DNA of 64,000 nucleotides from Fimbriosthenelais zetlandica (lineage: Eukaryota). Positions within the stretch are counted from its first letter, which is position 1. Every line of letters begins with the position of its first letter. The notes under the pieces are model-generated. The model was not told the DNA's origin. It ran no database searches and was given only the letters and a program-made list of their open reading frames with translations. A program made the translations under genes and the position numbers. This document shows positions 10,486-25,070 of this stretch, piece after piece. The DNA is taken from contig OZ365112.1 in NCBI GenBank assembly GCA_977030845.1, positions 24,862,001 to 24,926,000 of the forward strand, in the 5' to 3' direction.

Positions 10486-13400
10486 TGACGTCACTTTACC
10501 TCAAGTTCGGTAGTCTCCAAAACTATGATCAGTAATCATGTAATAGAGCTTAAGTCATTAACACATAAAGGACTGGTGCATAATGGTTTAACAGTCTCAT
10601 AACAGTTAGTAACAAACTACTTGACTGGGGAGTCCATCATGGTCTAGACGGAGACCACATAACCCAGTGTAACTGGGGATGTAATTCACAATACCTTGAT
10701 TGGCCGATCGACCTAAATGTAGACGGGTTTGTGTATATAATACTTCAACAGGGTGGCCACATGTTACGTGGGGATCATGCAAGGGTGTCTGATGGACATG
10801 ACCTTACATGTGTCCTAAAGGTTTACATATACAAGTTGACATAACCATGTAACTTAGAATAATGTAGCTACCAAATGCTTGATCAAAATATAAGATAATT
10901 GAATTGGGTGTCCTTTAATATAAACTTAAGCCCAAAAAGCAACATGAAACTGTAGATGTTTCAGAAAAACACAATTCACTATAGTGACCTTGGTTGGCTT
11001 AAAGGACCATTATTCAAAATCAAACAAAAAGTTTCTTGGGGTCAGCTGTATCCGTACACTCATAGTCATGCACAATTCAGTAAAGCATTATTCATATATA
11101 CTCATTAGTCCTTGAGTAAGAAAGGCTCAGTAAACCCAAAGCCCAACCCTGGCCGGAATACCCGAGGGGTTTGGGCAAACTTTGGTCCCTGGTTAGCCAT
11201 TGTGTGATATTACAGGGGAACTCAGGTGTGTTACAAAGGGTCAGACTCCAGGTAAACAACCGCGAGGGAGGGAGGAAGGGAGTGGACCAAAGTAGACCAT
11301 ACTTAATATTGAAGAATGGACCATGAGTTCGCCATTGGAGTGTTAACAGCGCCACCAATTGGGTTTTAATAACATGAAATGCAGAATACTGATTAAGCTA
11401 ATTCTTGATTAATCGAAGCTTCAGGAACAGTCAAGTACAGTCCCAGTGATTGTCTTTCTTACTTGATTCCATTGCATTCTTTATTTCCATTTTCTACCAT
11501 TCTGAATGAACCAAGAAATCAATGCTCAAATTGTTTTTCCTTCTTCCTGATAATCAGATCTGTGAAGTCAAAGCTCTGTCACACTCTGCCAACATAGAAA
11601 TTTAATAGTGTACAGAAGATGAGGGGAAATGTTTAATGCTTTTACAACACTTTATTACACAATGTAATGCCCAAAGTTCAAACTAAGCTAGACAATGTCT
11701 TTAAACCCTTCTGTCTTCCAGTCGTTGCATTTTGACCGCAAGTTAGAGTTCTGAAGGGAATATCTCAGCTCTCAAAACGCGCCATCTTTGAAAGCAATAA
11801 AATATCTGTCGCTATTGTGCATTGACTGATTCGTCATTCTGTCCCAAATTTGATCAATATTATCACTAATCTAGCTAAATTACTTCTAAGAATGACCTTA
11901 GTTCAACTAGTGCCTTTGTTCAATTGATGCGCCACCACGATCCAGCACTTCAATACAGAGAACAGGCTTCTCTTATCAAGCGTATACGGTGATATCCCCT
12001 GGTCATGGTTACAATCATACAATCCATATGCACATCCTGTGATAAAGACTTATCTATGTGCATCCTGGTGGCCATCTGTTGTGTATACAGGCCTGGACTT
12101 GACCATGTGGACGACTACCTGATAATTTAGGTCATAAATATGCATTAACAATACATGAATGTAGTTAATCCCCTTTCAAAGTTATGTTCCTAACAACTGG
12201 GAAACCATGTTGGTATGGGTCTGATCAATGAAATAGCAGATGACGACATGCAAATTGAAGATATATGGTCATGAAGTAGACCAACATTCAACACATCCTC
12301 CCAAGAAAAATGTTGGCAAAAACCTTCCCCTTCGATACATCTTATTTGGCTCATGTTTAACTTCCCTGACTTCTTGTTTCAGATGAAATGTACTCTCTGA
12401 AATCTGCCATTGTTCTGCATCTAAGGCCAACGCCTACCTTAAAGAGGGACGCCCTAATGTATCAAGCTTGCGTCCCTCCCTTTCATCTTTCCCCACAGCA
12501 TGAGGCCACAACAGACAACACTAAACTAGAGGCGCTGAAATCATCTCGTTTCATCGTGCTGCACCTCTAGCCATGACATCACAATGGGCATTTAGGGTGT
12601 TCATAGGGACAGTCGGACAATGGTCCACAGGCGGGACTGGGCTCCTGTTAGGCCTCAATTACCACTCGTGGCGTGACTAGATATCCCACCCTGACAAAAA
12701 ACCCCAAAATCCTTCAGGGGCTTCTTTGAAAAGTCGTCCAAAAATGGCTGCGAAGATTAGTGAACTTTGCACCAAGCAGTCCTTGAGTTTTCACCTTGAT
12801 TGAATGTGATACAGGCAGGGTGAGGACTTTTACCTAAAGCTTTTAAGAGATTTGCCATGTAAGCTGACATGTACAAGTGGATCTGTCAAAATTGTTGATT
12901 CTGATGATGTATTTCTGAGGGGTTGCTAGCCATATGTTCATTATAATTCTCTCTATAAAATTGTCATTATAATTAACAAATTGTTACCTCCGTCGGTCCA
13001 GGGGAAGTCACTGGACCGAGGAGAGGCCTTTAAAAAACGCATCAGACCCCCTCAAGAGATTCTTTTCTTTGTGAAGTGGGTCAGTGGACATTGGAGACGG
13101 TTGCGTCAGTAACAAAAGACCAAAGGCCTTGTCTCATCTCTCGCAAGGCCGGCGCTTGTAAAGAGTGACTTTTCAGAAAGAGTCAAGATGATATCGGCAA
13201 TGATTGATGCCCTCTTCACATGGTCAGATGTAAATTACAGTTGGTTACCAAGGTAACCTACTAAAGGAGATTCTTTGTGGAAATTTGAGTGTAGAATGCT
13301 AGGGCTTCCTAGGCAGATCACCTTAACGGCCGCCAATTTAAAACAGAACTCACCATTCATGAAGGCCTAACGCCAAGTGTTACGTAACAGCCAAATTTGC

Positions 13401-16400
13401 ATAAAATAAATATTTAACAACTTGTGTAGGAAAGTGCATTTACAAAAGTTAACTAGATACATTTTCGAAAGAAATAGTGGGCAGGATTAAGTGAATTTGA
13501 ATAAATGACACTTGACAGGTCCGAAGTGTTTTAGCCGCGACACTTTCTAGATATTTAGATCTGATATATTAAATTTAGATCCATATAAAATAATATAATT
13601 CTGAACTCCTATATTTTAGGATACAAATATAAACGGATGGACTATCAATGGTATTCACTAAGAATACGTACACCAATGTTAAAAAAAATAATATTATATT
13701 TGGTAGAGAATGTTTGAAAACCTTTTAATCCATCCTTAATAAACAGACGCACTGTCTCTTTCCTGGGATGACCGAGCACACCTGAAGAGCTTCACATAAT
13801 GGAGAAGGACAGGTGGGTGAGATAGGTATCACCACATCCCCATCATCAATATACACATTATAACATGCCTCATCGGTGGCTGTAATTTGTGTATCTTTCC
13901 CATCAATGTGGTCAGCGTTATAAGGTATAATATCAGTACATCTGGTGCTCTCTCATTCCCCAGAGTTCTACCTTTTCATACTTCCGGGAAATATATTAAT
14001 TGCCATCCAAGAACTTCCACATATAGGAAATGGGACATTTAAGTGCAGGGATCACGTGGGAATAAAGCTGAACAGTTTTGAATTTGAACTGCATTTGCCA
14101 ACCAATCAAGATTAGAAATGTTAATCTGACAACCACCCTGATGGTTGACATCTCTCCTGTAAGCCTAGTATTGGGGGGCTTGAAGCAAGGCAGGATGATG
14201 GGGCTTTTGGTTCATCTACCAGCAAGTACTAATCACGTCACTCGCAGCATACCAGGCGTAAATACACACCAATGTGATCAGCTCCCAATCGATATCTTAC
14301 GTAAGAAACCCTCCTCCCAGCCATCCCAGTATCTATGGTTTGGTGAAGGCATCTAATTTATGTATGGCTGGAATTAGTGGGGCTTCAGAGAGCATTTCAC
14401 TCATGGAAAAGGGAGCTTAGATATGCAAATGTGTAGAGGATGTGTTAGGTGGGAGGGTGGTGGGGGTAGGAATAGATGTGTGGGAGGCTTGAAAGATGAG
14501 TGGATGGGCAGTGGGATTTTTGGAGGGAAGAAGAGACGAAAAAAGCCATTGTCATTTAACGAACATCCTGAAATTTGTCCATGTTTTACAAACACTTTCT
14601 TCTATCCCACGTTTCTTGTTAATATGTTCAAGTGAGGTGGGAGGGTGGCTTGTGGGTGGAAGGGATGTGTGGGTGGATGTTGGTTGCATCCTGTCAGTTC
14701 CTATTTGGCATGTGGAAGTAGAACTTTGCACCTAAAGTCTGTCTCCAACAGCATTACTTTGATACTTTGATAATGTCAATATTGGATACACATACTGAAG
14801 CCCCTTTAAGAAAGGTTTCCGATCCTTGATATATATGTTAAAGCGCCAGATGGAATATAAGTATATTGGTAGTAAAGATGACAATACAAGTACTCGCTGA
14901 GGACGTGTGTATTGATCATGTGAACTTTTCAACCCACTATCCCAGACACCAGCTAATCATATATACTCCCAACTAGACTTGTTCCGGTCTCGTTTTTAAT
15001 TAAGAATTGTAGGCACTAATTGAGGCATTCCTTCCTGAAGTCTTCAATCCAGACCACGCCCAGATTTAATGGCTAGTCTGTGAAAAGAGGGAAGATCCGA
15101 ATGGAAGAGGAAGGTGGTAAGCAATGACAAAGACGACTCAATTTATGACAGGTCAATTGACACTGGAAGGAACAAAGGGAAGGGCGACTACTGAAAAACA
15201 TTACGCAAATAAACTCGTATTTCCATATCATACATAAGTCTATAACAATAGTTTTCGGAAACAAGCCATATAATACAATCTTTCAGTTATTTTGTCTAAT
15301 TTGCTTGGAAATTTCATTACCATTCCAAAGCTATCCAGCTTGGGGTTCCTTCTATTTGTTGTAGACCAAGATATTTTGAGTTGAGTGATGAATGAAGGTG
15401 CATAAAAGAAACAATAAAATGGAATTTAGAGGCAGATATAGACTGAGAGCAAGTCTATAAGTACAAGAGACCAGCATATGATTACGGTTGCATTAGGTGG
15501 GCTGAGCACAGAATGAGCTTTATTACAGTTGTTACTATTGTGACCATATTTACTGCTTGGCCGAGTCCAGTCTAACCTCCAATATTCCGCCATTGATCCT
15601 AGTGGACTGTACAACATTGTAAGGTTTTATTATAACACTTTAAAGGGACTGACATTAATGTTTCTGAATCTTTCATAACCATAAAGTGAAAACCCCCAAA
15701 TTCTTTGTATGTGTAGGCTATAATCAAGCTTGATATTGCCCATATTGTTATAATTTCCAATGGACAATATTAGTTCAATTCAAGTCAGTAGAAATGCTCA
15801 TTTACCATGCAATGAGGAAGCATCGACTACTTCCAAAGCAAATCTCACCAGCGCATGCCCCGCGTTCATGTGACAGGTTCCGGTTCCGGTGGCACACAAC
15901 AATGCCAAACCGAGAAGGTATGGTCAAGGGTCAGGCCCCTGAGGGCATGGGTCAATTGATGGGCATGAAAAGGGCGTTTGTAAGGGCAAACGCTGCCTAA
16001 AGGTTGCTGGTAATGCTAAACCATTAGGGGCGCGGACGCGCGACCCAACACTTGAATTTTCAGCACCATTAGCAAAATGACGGGGAATTGATTTAGACGT
16101 GTGCTACTTTAGTTTCAGTTTCCTTTAACTGTGCAGGCCGATGGGGTCGTTTCACTTGTAAACAGATGATGGCAATCTGCCTCAACATTGACTTGTTTCA
16201 AGAGGTTTACTTCTAGTGCTTCTTCATGAATTGATCGTAGGAAGGGCTGGTGGTGACGCGACCATTACAATATCGAGGAAATTAGGCTTCAGATGCAACT
16301 GACTCTGACCCAGACATGTATGAATAATGTATTTATTCTAAGATCCTTTCCATCCAACATAACTTGGGCACGAATAGATAAAAACTGATAATTGTTTAAT

Positions 16401-19400
16401 GAAGTCACTCATGTTGCAAACTAATTTTGTTTAGTACTATGAGGTACTTTCCATTGTAATGTTCTTGTAGGTTTTAAAGGGCATCATTTCAAAACTGTTG
16501 TAATCAAATTACAGATTGCACAAGGTTGATTGCGCAGCATACAACCTTAGTGAGATATGATTCAACTGTGTTGCAATACATATGTAAGTGAGTGAGCAAT
16601 GAGAGGTAACTTTGATACGAGGATTAAACTCCAATCTGTCCCTGATTGTGTATACCTGCATGCTGTTTACGTCACAGATATATGTGCTCATACTTACGTC
16701 AGCGCTATATGTGTTAATGACCTCTTACATGACGTTAGCTGGCTGCCCACCCTTCGCCTGCTTGAGGTCGCTCTATGCACTATTCTCATAGTATTATCTC
16801 CGTATATAAATCGTCCGATAATCTAAATACCTTACCACAGGTTATAGGCGATTACCATCACCTGCTTGGCTCGGTTATGTCGTGTTGGTCAGAACGCTTG
16901 TTGTGTTACAATGCCTTTGTTTTGACGTGGGAGCTCTAAGGACAGGGTCAGACAGAAAGAGGTCAGCTCGTTCAAATGGGACTTTGTTGAATCCAGGTGT
17001 TATGATAAGAACTTTAAAGTGGTTTAGACTTAAGAATTTTGCATGAAAAACAACTAAACCTTTTCTTTGCGACCTAGGGAGTGAAACCTCGTCGCATCAC
17101 CCTCCCTAACCCCATACGACAGCACAGGAATTCTGGGTTTATGATTTATCTACAGAGACACTGAGATGCTTGGAATTGAACTTCGAAAGTGAAAGTGTAC
17201 GATTGATTGCTGTTTGACGTCGCAGCAACAGCCTGTCATGGAATTCATGATTGATAACAGCTATGTTCTGACGATCACGACAACCAATCATCAAGTGTCG
17301 CAATCAAATGAAATAATTACTTCATGCACAAAACCAAGCAATTGGGAAAATCCATTAATTAGGTTTTATTGCTTTGGCATAGCGTCAGTGAAATTTCAAC
17401 CACGCTTTCATTTATCTCGGAATATCTGAGAGCCTTTAATTAGCAGAAAGGAAGTGGTGTCCGAACTTAGCTGTTCAAACCGCAGCCACATCGGAAAACT
17501 GAGGTATGCATTTGTCTATTGAAGCAATATTTCAAAAGACATACAAGTCATGCTACTTTCAGGAAGTATGGATTGAAAGGAAATACTTCCTCCTTCAAAA
17601 GAAGTAAAGGAAGTGTGTGGTGTAGGTGTTGGTAGGGCTATAGACTGTATGATCTTCACTGCCCACTGACCTCCAGATGAACCAGGCCCATGGCATTATT
17701 ATGCCCTGGTCACTGTATTGTTGCCATGACCACAAATATGGTGATGTCCAGCGGCACGCGTATTACGCATGCGCCGGGCATTTGAAAGTGCTGAGTCATG
17801 AAGGGTTCCTATTGACTGTCCCAGGAGGCCTATACAAGATAGAATGACCATCGATTTAAAAGAATTGTAGGCCTAAAATATTTACAAAAAAAACTATCAA
17901 AGGAAATGAAAATTCATGTAATAGGGTTAGGCCTACTTGTGCATTTTATTGTACTGCTCATCACCTTATGCAAAGATCTTTAGGACTCAATGACGCAGCT
18001 AGATTAATTTTTGTGTAAATGCTAAAGCAAGAGCCAGAAAAGGAAAACTGGAGGGTGACTGGGAATGAGTAGGCTAAAGCCTAACATACAGCCGGATTTG
18101 ATTAGTGCCAGAAGCAGACCCGTCTTGCATTAGGCCTAGGCCCTATACCAACCACAACTCTCTAATTTTCACTTGCATATTATTTTCACATCCTGTGGAA
18201 ATAGGCTTACATTCCAGAACAAATATTTAAGACATCTCACGATACATGCTAATTTCATTAGTGACACAAACATGGATATAGGAAGAGACATTCTGACGTT
18301 TTGGAGGGCTGGGGTTTATTTTTGAAGCCGTGAAAATAAATAGACCACCAAATAAAGGCTTTAGACGGGGCTGTTTATCGTCAGTGTCGCATCCCTAGTG
18401 ATGAAGCTATGTTACGTAACACGAGGAAACCAGCGCCGGCGGTGGCTGCCAGTCTGTCCACCTCCCACCACTCCACTCCTCTCTCAATACAGACATTCAC
18501 TAAAATATTCACAGCTAAGGCTTGGACCCAGAAATTGTATATGCAAATTACACAGACCTACATAAAATGCTGACTAAAAGCACGCCGAGAAAAGTTCTGA
18601 ACCGAGAGGCATATGTAGCCTACAATTAAGACTAAAAAAATAAACGTGTCAGGTTAACTCGATTAAAAGACTGTTTAAACACGACAGGTATACGCCTAGC
18701 TATTCTATATTCAACTATGCTAAACAGAGGACCATGATTCAATACTATTCATATCGCCAAAATTTCTTTCAATACAGCATGCGGGTGACCAAGGGAATAG
18801 GGCGGGCGGGACCGCGTTATAGTGGTGAAATCTGACGGAGTGAAAGCCAACCATCGCCGTTGGGTTTGACGGGCACCGGGCGGTCGCGAATGAACAATGA
18901 TTGGACCGCTAGCAAAAAGGGAGTCTATAGGCGAGCCATTCAGGCCTCCTGTATAAGTAACGAAAACGTAAGTATCGTTAAAACGAGACGAATTTGTTGG
19001 CAACAGGATATAAGTTCATAGATTGACCAATGTTATCCTGAGGTCACATAATCCTGTAGTTTAAAGTATCAAGAAATATGAACTTATTCATTTCAACGAT
19101 TGGAATTACCATGAAAATTCACATGGTGTAGCCTAGGTCCGAGACCCCCTAAGTAGGCCTAAGTCTCAAAAAGATAAATCATTGTTAATTGTGAAAGAAA
19201 TAAAGGTACATAGGCTAAATATGAAGTTAATTCTAGCAATGATTTAGAGTAAAATAATCCCACCTCTGTCAGATCTGTAATACCAACTCCAATCTTCCAT
19301 GATGAAATCACTGCTTATCTCCTAACTCCGATAAGATATAGAATCAGTTTCAGTAGTTGTCTCTCCCTACCAAACCAGTTGATATCACAATATCCTCAAA

Positions 19401-22400
19401 TTGCCTTCATCCAAAGTACTTAGCACTTCCTCAGCAAAAAGTTAATTAAATCTCGTGGGAAACAAAGCTTTCACTTAGCCTCTGTTGGCATGAAGCCCAG
19501 TGTGGGAACAAAAATCCCAACGTGACGCATGAGAAACTTTTGAGGGCGCCAAGTCGAGCCCCTCTTGTTGTCGCGGATGATACAATGTAACAAAATAAAT
19601 AGAGAAGACGGACCCCAGTTCAAACCACCATTGTTGTGAGAATCACTAAGTCAAATATGTCCAAAATGGGTTCAAATATGTCCGCGTGATATCACTATTG
19701 GTCTTCTTAACTGTCCATGAAAAAAATAGTAAATGGTGGGAGTGAATCTAGGCGCGTATCTTGGTAACCGTGATGGCAGCGCAGTGTAAATATCCTAGGT
19801 GACGGAACTGTGTCATATTAACTAACATCCCGTCATCCGGCCGAGTTTTATGTCAAAAATACTGTCATCCACAGTCACAATTCACTGTCAATCCACGCAT
19901 CCAAACACAGGAGGAGTCATGTTAAAACATGTGATAACTCGATGGTTTGTCGGTTTGTAGTAATCCAGAGATAAAGTATGTATTAGATGAGGTTTGTTAC
20001 ACTCGTGATGGCCAGCATGAGATGTAGAGGTCTAGTGAGGGACTTTTTTGGCCGAACCAATGACCAGTAGGTTGAACAAAGCCCAGTGGTCAAATGACTG
20101 AATGGATGGATGGGGGAGTGAGTGAAAGAGACGGCGCAGAACGCAAGCTTGGGTCAGCCGCCCGTCACCATGACGTAACACCCCTCCAGGCAGTATAATG
20201 GGTCAGACCTGACCACCACACTAGAGCTGACCAGTGGATGCAGGGGGAGTACTGATAATAACCCCCTTTTTACATCCCCCGACTCCCTCCAACAAAAAGA
20301 CCTTCTCTCACAAAAGACCCGCCATTATACTTCAACCTAAAAGAAGCGTCGCTCAAGACCGACATGTTTGACTATTATAAACCTAGCTCCTAGCACAATT
20401 TGACCTAGCCTATATTTTTGACAACTCAAATTTTAAAAAGACCATTTTGCAAAATTGGGCCTAAATACATCTACAGGGCTATGGCTTCCCCCAAAGTTAA
20501 AGGCTTTTAAAGGAAGAGTGACACCTCGCAAGATGGTTTAAGATTTCACCTGATTGTCGCTCAGAAATCTGGAAAATTTCTCAAAATGGAAACTAATCAT
20601 TACATTTGTCAGAGGACATTTCCATGGTGATTACTTTTGTGTCAGTGCTTAGCAGTGACGTAATGCGCTTCTGCCGACCTGTAATGATGGAAACAAGTTA
20701 CATCTCATCAGACGTCAACATCTGACTCCCACTGTCAGGTGATTGACACTAGCCACACCGACTCATCAATCTTAGCAAGAACAAGCCTAAATCTCCCCCA
20801 AATACCCTTCCTTCATTTATAATGGTGGACAAGGCTCTATTTCATGGAGAGATTGTGGGACTGGTACAAGTCTACCCATCGGAGCGCCAATATTCTCTGG
20901 AATCTCTAATATGCTTGATGACGTAACAGGCCATCAAACATCTTTCATAGATTTGTGAACATGGGGTATAAACTGTTTTATTATGGATGTAAAATACGGG
21001 ATTAATCCCTAAAATTTTACTATTTTATGTTTTTATGACCTCAATAAGACGTGACACTTTCACAACCTAAAAATCCACGGTGTATCTGTTTCACATCCAT
21101 ATTAAAAGTCATATTCAATTGACAATGTAAAAGGCATTTCAAAATCGAAAATCTCTTCACAAATTCTGCTGCGGTGGAAGGGAAAAGGACGCAGTAATCA
21201 TTAGGACATATGAGGGAATCAATGAATCAAAGAATGAAGACAATTAAGATATCTCTGCGGGATGTCTGGGGGATTATAACAGGAGAATGAGGGGGTTAAG
21301 GAGGAAGTGTCCCAGGGGAACAAGGGTGAAAATTATAGCGTCGTCAGCAGATTTTCCTTCAAAGCTGAAGACGCGCCAACCGACCACTTGACGCGCATTC
21401 ATATGTTTACTGACATGACGTTTCTTTCCAACCCCGCCCCTTCACTTTCTTTGGTTTGAGCTCTTCCTTTCCCTTTAGAAAAGAGGGTGTTAGAATCGAA
21501 CAATCGTTCATGGTTGAGATGACGAGAAAATATAATTGTTGGTCTCCATTCATGGTTCGTGTCAGCATCAGTCTGTCTTTGGGTAAGAGAAAGAAGGGGA
21601 TTCGCTCAAGAAACATTGACTGATGAATACTTTTTTCTAAGAAATCCCATGCAGGGAAATCAATCTAGGTAAAAGCGTTTGATTTACTATTATAAATCCC
21701 AAGATATTTCGCTGTGAATAAAATCAGCTACACATTACAGAGCTGTTAAATCTAACACTTGGACAAAGGATGGGAAAACAGTCCAGATTTGTGGCAAATC
21801 TTCCGTTATCATTTCCCATTAATGACGCTATTGTCCAAAGAATCCCTGAGGAAAATGTGAGATACCACACCGAGTACCCCCCTGCTACCTCTCCACAATG
21901 GCATATTAGGAGATGTTTCTTTTAACTGTTAAAATACGTTGGGTAGAGGTGATAATTGCCCATCTTCTGCCCCAGTGCGTATGCCATTCAGATGAAAAGC
22001 AGCTTGGAAATATGGCGGGCCATGAGCACAGTCGGACGCTGGCCCGTCACAATGGTATATTTCATCTCACCACCCTCCCGCTCAACAATGAGGGTCTCTA
22101 ACACGAGCATGGCGCGACATGGATTACAATTACCAGACCATTGTATCTTAGACATCCATCAAATTGCAAATTGCCCTAATTCTTAAATTTAAACTCTGAT
22201 GAAGCTAGGATTAATCATTAATTTGCGAATGTTCAGTCGCAAACTCTCGAATTAAATGCAAATCTGATCAATCAAGATTCGATTATACATAGGATAGGTA
22301 TTAATAAAAACCCGATGATTCTCATCTGGATTTTGAATTACATAACGAAGGTATAATATTCCTTATCTTATGCTTAATTGGTCAAGTATTCATTCGCTTT

Positions 22401-25023
22401 TGGTATCAGAATTGCCTTCATGACGCTCACGGACCGCATCCATATTTCCATAATGACAATGAAACCTAGTTAGTAAAGTAAGACCAGGATAGATTTCAGT
22501 TACAGAAGGAAAGAATTAATAAGAGTAAAGGAAGGTCGATGAGGAGAGATAATGAGAAATGATGATATGTTTGAAGCACCACGCCCTCGTTTGATTACAG
22601 ACCGACCCCAGGTGTCCGGTGCTGGTCATTAATTACTGAGAACATTGAAAGTGTATAGGGGAGTGGTCAGCAGTAAATGGACGTGATTGCCAGCGTCCGA
22701 CCATATCAACTCATCAATTCTCGTCATTTATTTCATTTTTCTTTGATTCTCTTGCTATTATTTTCGGTGGGAATGATTCCAATGTATCACATGTCGATCG
22801 ATATTCTTTCTTGTTTTGAATTGAGGGAGAGAAATGTGGATTTGCACTTTTATCTCTGAATATACATTCGGACAAACCCCCCATGGATATAATTTATAAG
22901 ATGGCCAAAGATATGGCGGATATCATGCCCATCAGCCAGCATCTGGAAGGTTCAGGTGTCTTCATTTGCAACCAGCGGTTACGTCATTCCATACTGGAGG
23001 CCCCAGCACCAAGGAAGACGACATACAGGTGGCGCGACATGTCCTTTGTCGTTCTCCAGGCCCTAAAGCGAGGCTATAAGAACAAACGTCATCATCTCGT
23101 GATGTCTCGCGTCTAACGAGAATTAGCGCATCTTGCTGGAGGGGGTGAGCAGTCCGTTGTATAACGCAAAGGCTTTGAACCTGCTCATCATTTGAGAAGT
23201 GATAAAAGCCTATGTATCTGTCATGGGCGTCGTGCACGATGCGTCAGTCGCCAAAATGCAAAGTAATGGGCCTCCATTATGACATATATCCCAGAGGGCC
23301 GGGCTTTTTCTGCATGGAAAGTCCGTTAATGCCATGATTAGGGGGACCAGTGAAATTGCTCATTACGGACCATCTGTCATTCATCGTCAACTGGGATTTA
23401 AAACCTGGATTGGTGGTACATAGCTCGTAGATTGACTCTCACCCCCATGACAATTTTCCAATTCCTTACTTTAAATTACATTAAAAGGGTCATGAAATTA
23501 TAAAAGGCGCTGCTGAATGCTTCTACCTTCCCAACTCTCATTTCTAATGAGAAATAAATATAATATTCATGATGAATTTGGAGGATATCTCAGCATATTT
23601 ATGTCGGATTTTGATGTTAGAAGCAAGGACTTGGGCAAGATTAGTTTTCCATCCCATGGTGTTAGACTAAGCATTAAGCCTAGTGATAGACACAGTGACA
23701 GCTTTGCGTCTCCTGGCTGTAGGCCAGGTACTAATTCTTCACTTTACCCCTGATTAATCTTACCTGTGTATAGAAAAGAGGGAGACGTGCATGGGGATCA
23801 CAAGTAATGAAAATCAGTGTGATTAACGCGTGCCAACCTCTTCCGGATTTCTTCTATTTTTTGAATTTTGAGAAAAGTTTGGGCGTATTTGAAAGAACAA
23901 TTCATTTCAATAAAAATGTACTGGATCTGACTAAAATTCTGTCGAAAATTCAAATAAAATACTGCATGAATTGATGAATTTTTCAACAATAAGTGCACTC
24001 GTAACTCTGAGAATATGAGTGAGCAGAGGATGTTCTGTGAGTAGCCTATTAATTAGCATCCTCCTCCCACATAGGCATGCCACCTGAGACCACAAATCAC
24101 TATCCAATTGCCGCTCATATTCGCAACAAAGAATCGTCGGCGACTAGTGGAACAGGGCGCGGCCCCTGACAATTTGATATACGATTGATGAAGCAACATT
24201 ATTAATCACAAGGTTCTCAGGTATAGCAACTCGAAACCAGCACAAAGATTTCCAAGAACATTATTAGGTGGAAACATTTAATTATCATTACTAGGGCATA
24301 GTATTGTAGGCATTGGACTGGTTTGTAAAGTAACGTTAGGCTGAATAGCAATATTTATATATAAATGTTATGAGATATGAAAGGCAGGGAATGAGTTCTA
24401 TCACTTATGGAAGGGTTGGGTCGGTCATTTGGTTATCACTTTGGTTTGGCCTGTTAAATATTTGTGTAGGCTGAAGCAGGGTCAGGGAAAACACCCTTTG
24501 CCAGAAACTTGTAAGGTTAGCTGTCTATATTTTGACTACTCGGGCAAAAGTAGACAGGCATAAGACCAGAGATAAAAAAAAAACATTTTTCGATAATGGC
24601 CTAAGTTTGTCAGCTTTAGACATTTTACTAGATGGTGCATTGCTAGTGGTGACTAATAGATATATATATATATACACTGACGCTGGTCAATATTCTTTTC
24701 CATAGATGATCAAAAGAAATATCTAGGGTTGGACAAAAGCTGTATGCATGAGAGACAGGGAGAGAAAACCATCGATAGGAGAAAGTGCAAGTCGAATAAG
24801 TGGTAACATCAGACGACTAACGGTCAGTAAGATTACGTAATGACAGCGTGGTGGCGCTGCAGCAGCTGGTCAAGGGTTTCTGTGTACACTGAGCGCCCCC
24901 CTCCCCCGTCAAAAACATACCCCGCAGCGACCGCCTCCACAATACCCAACACTCACCCAGAAAACCCCCAAAACCTGAGACAGAGTCCTGGCGCACAAGG
25001 CACGTCAGACTACACTGACGTCA
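10486..25023. promoter_or_regulatory. Intronic cluster of bZIP (CRE/PAR/ATF-type) 8-mer sites
   Basis: TGACGTCA at 10486 and 25016; TTACGTAA at 13380, 14297, 18412, 24833; TGACGTAA/TTACGTCA at 16667, 16694, 20171, 20656, 20919, 22979. Confidence 0.55.
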
Positions 25024-25070
25024 GGAGACCTGGCGCACAAGGCACGTCAGACTACACCGACGTCAGGAGA
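24987..25070. repeat. 42-bp tandem duplication
   Basis: cctggcgcacaaggcacgtcagactacac(t/c)gacgtcaggaga x2, one mismatch. Confidence 0.95.

Noticed and set aside
11463-11501. 39-nt minus-strand candidate exon (MVENGNKECNGI)
   Set aside because: Phase 2-2 is incompatible with the flanking phase-1 exons; no other support.
12383-12570. Plus-strand acceptor followed by ORF 12388..12570
   Set aside because: Joining to the phase-2 donor at 3918 gives an immediate TGA; peptide unrecognisable.
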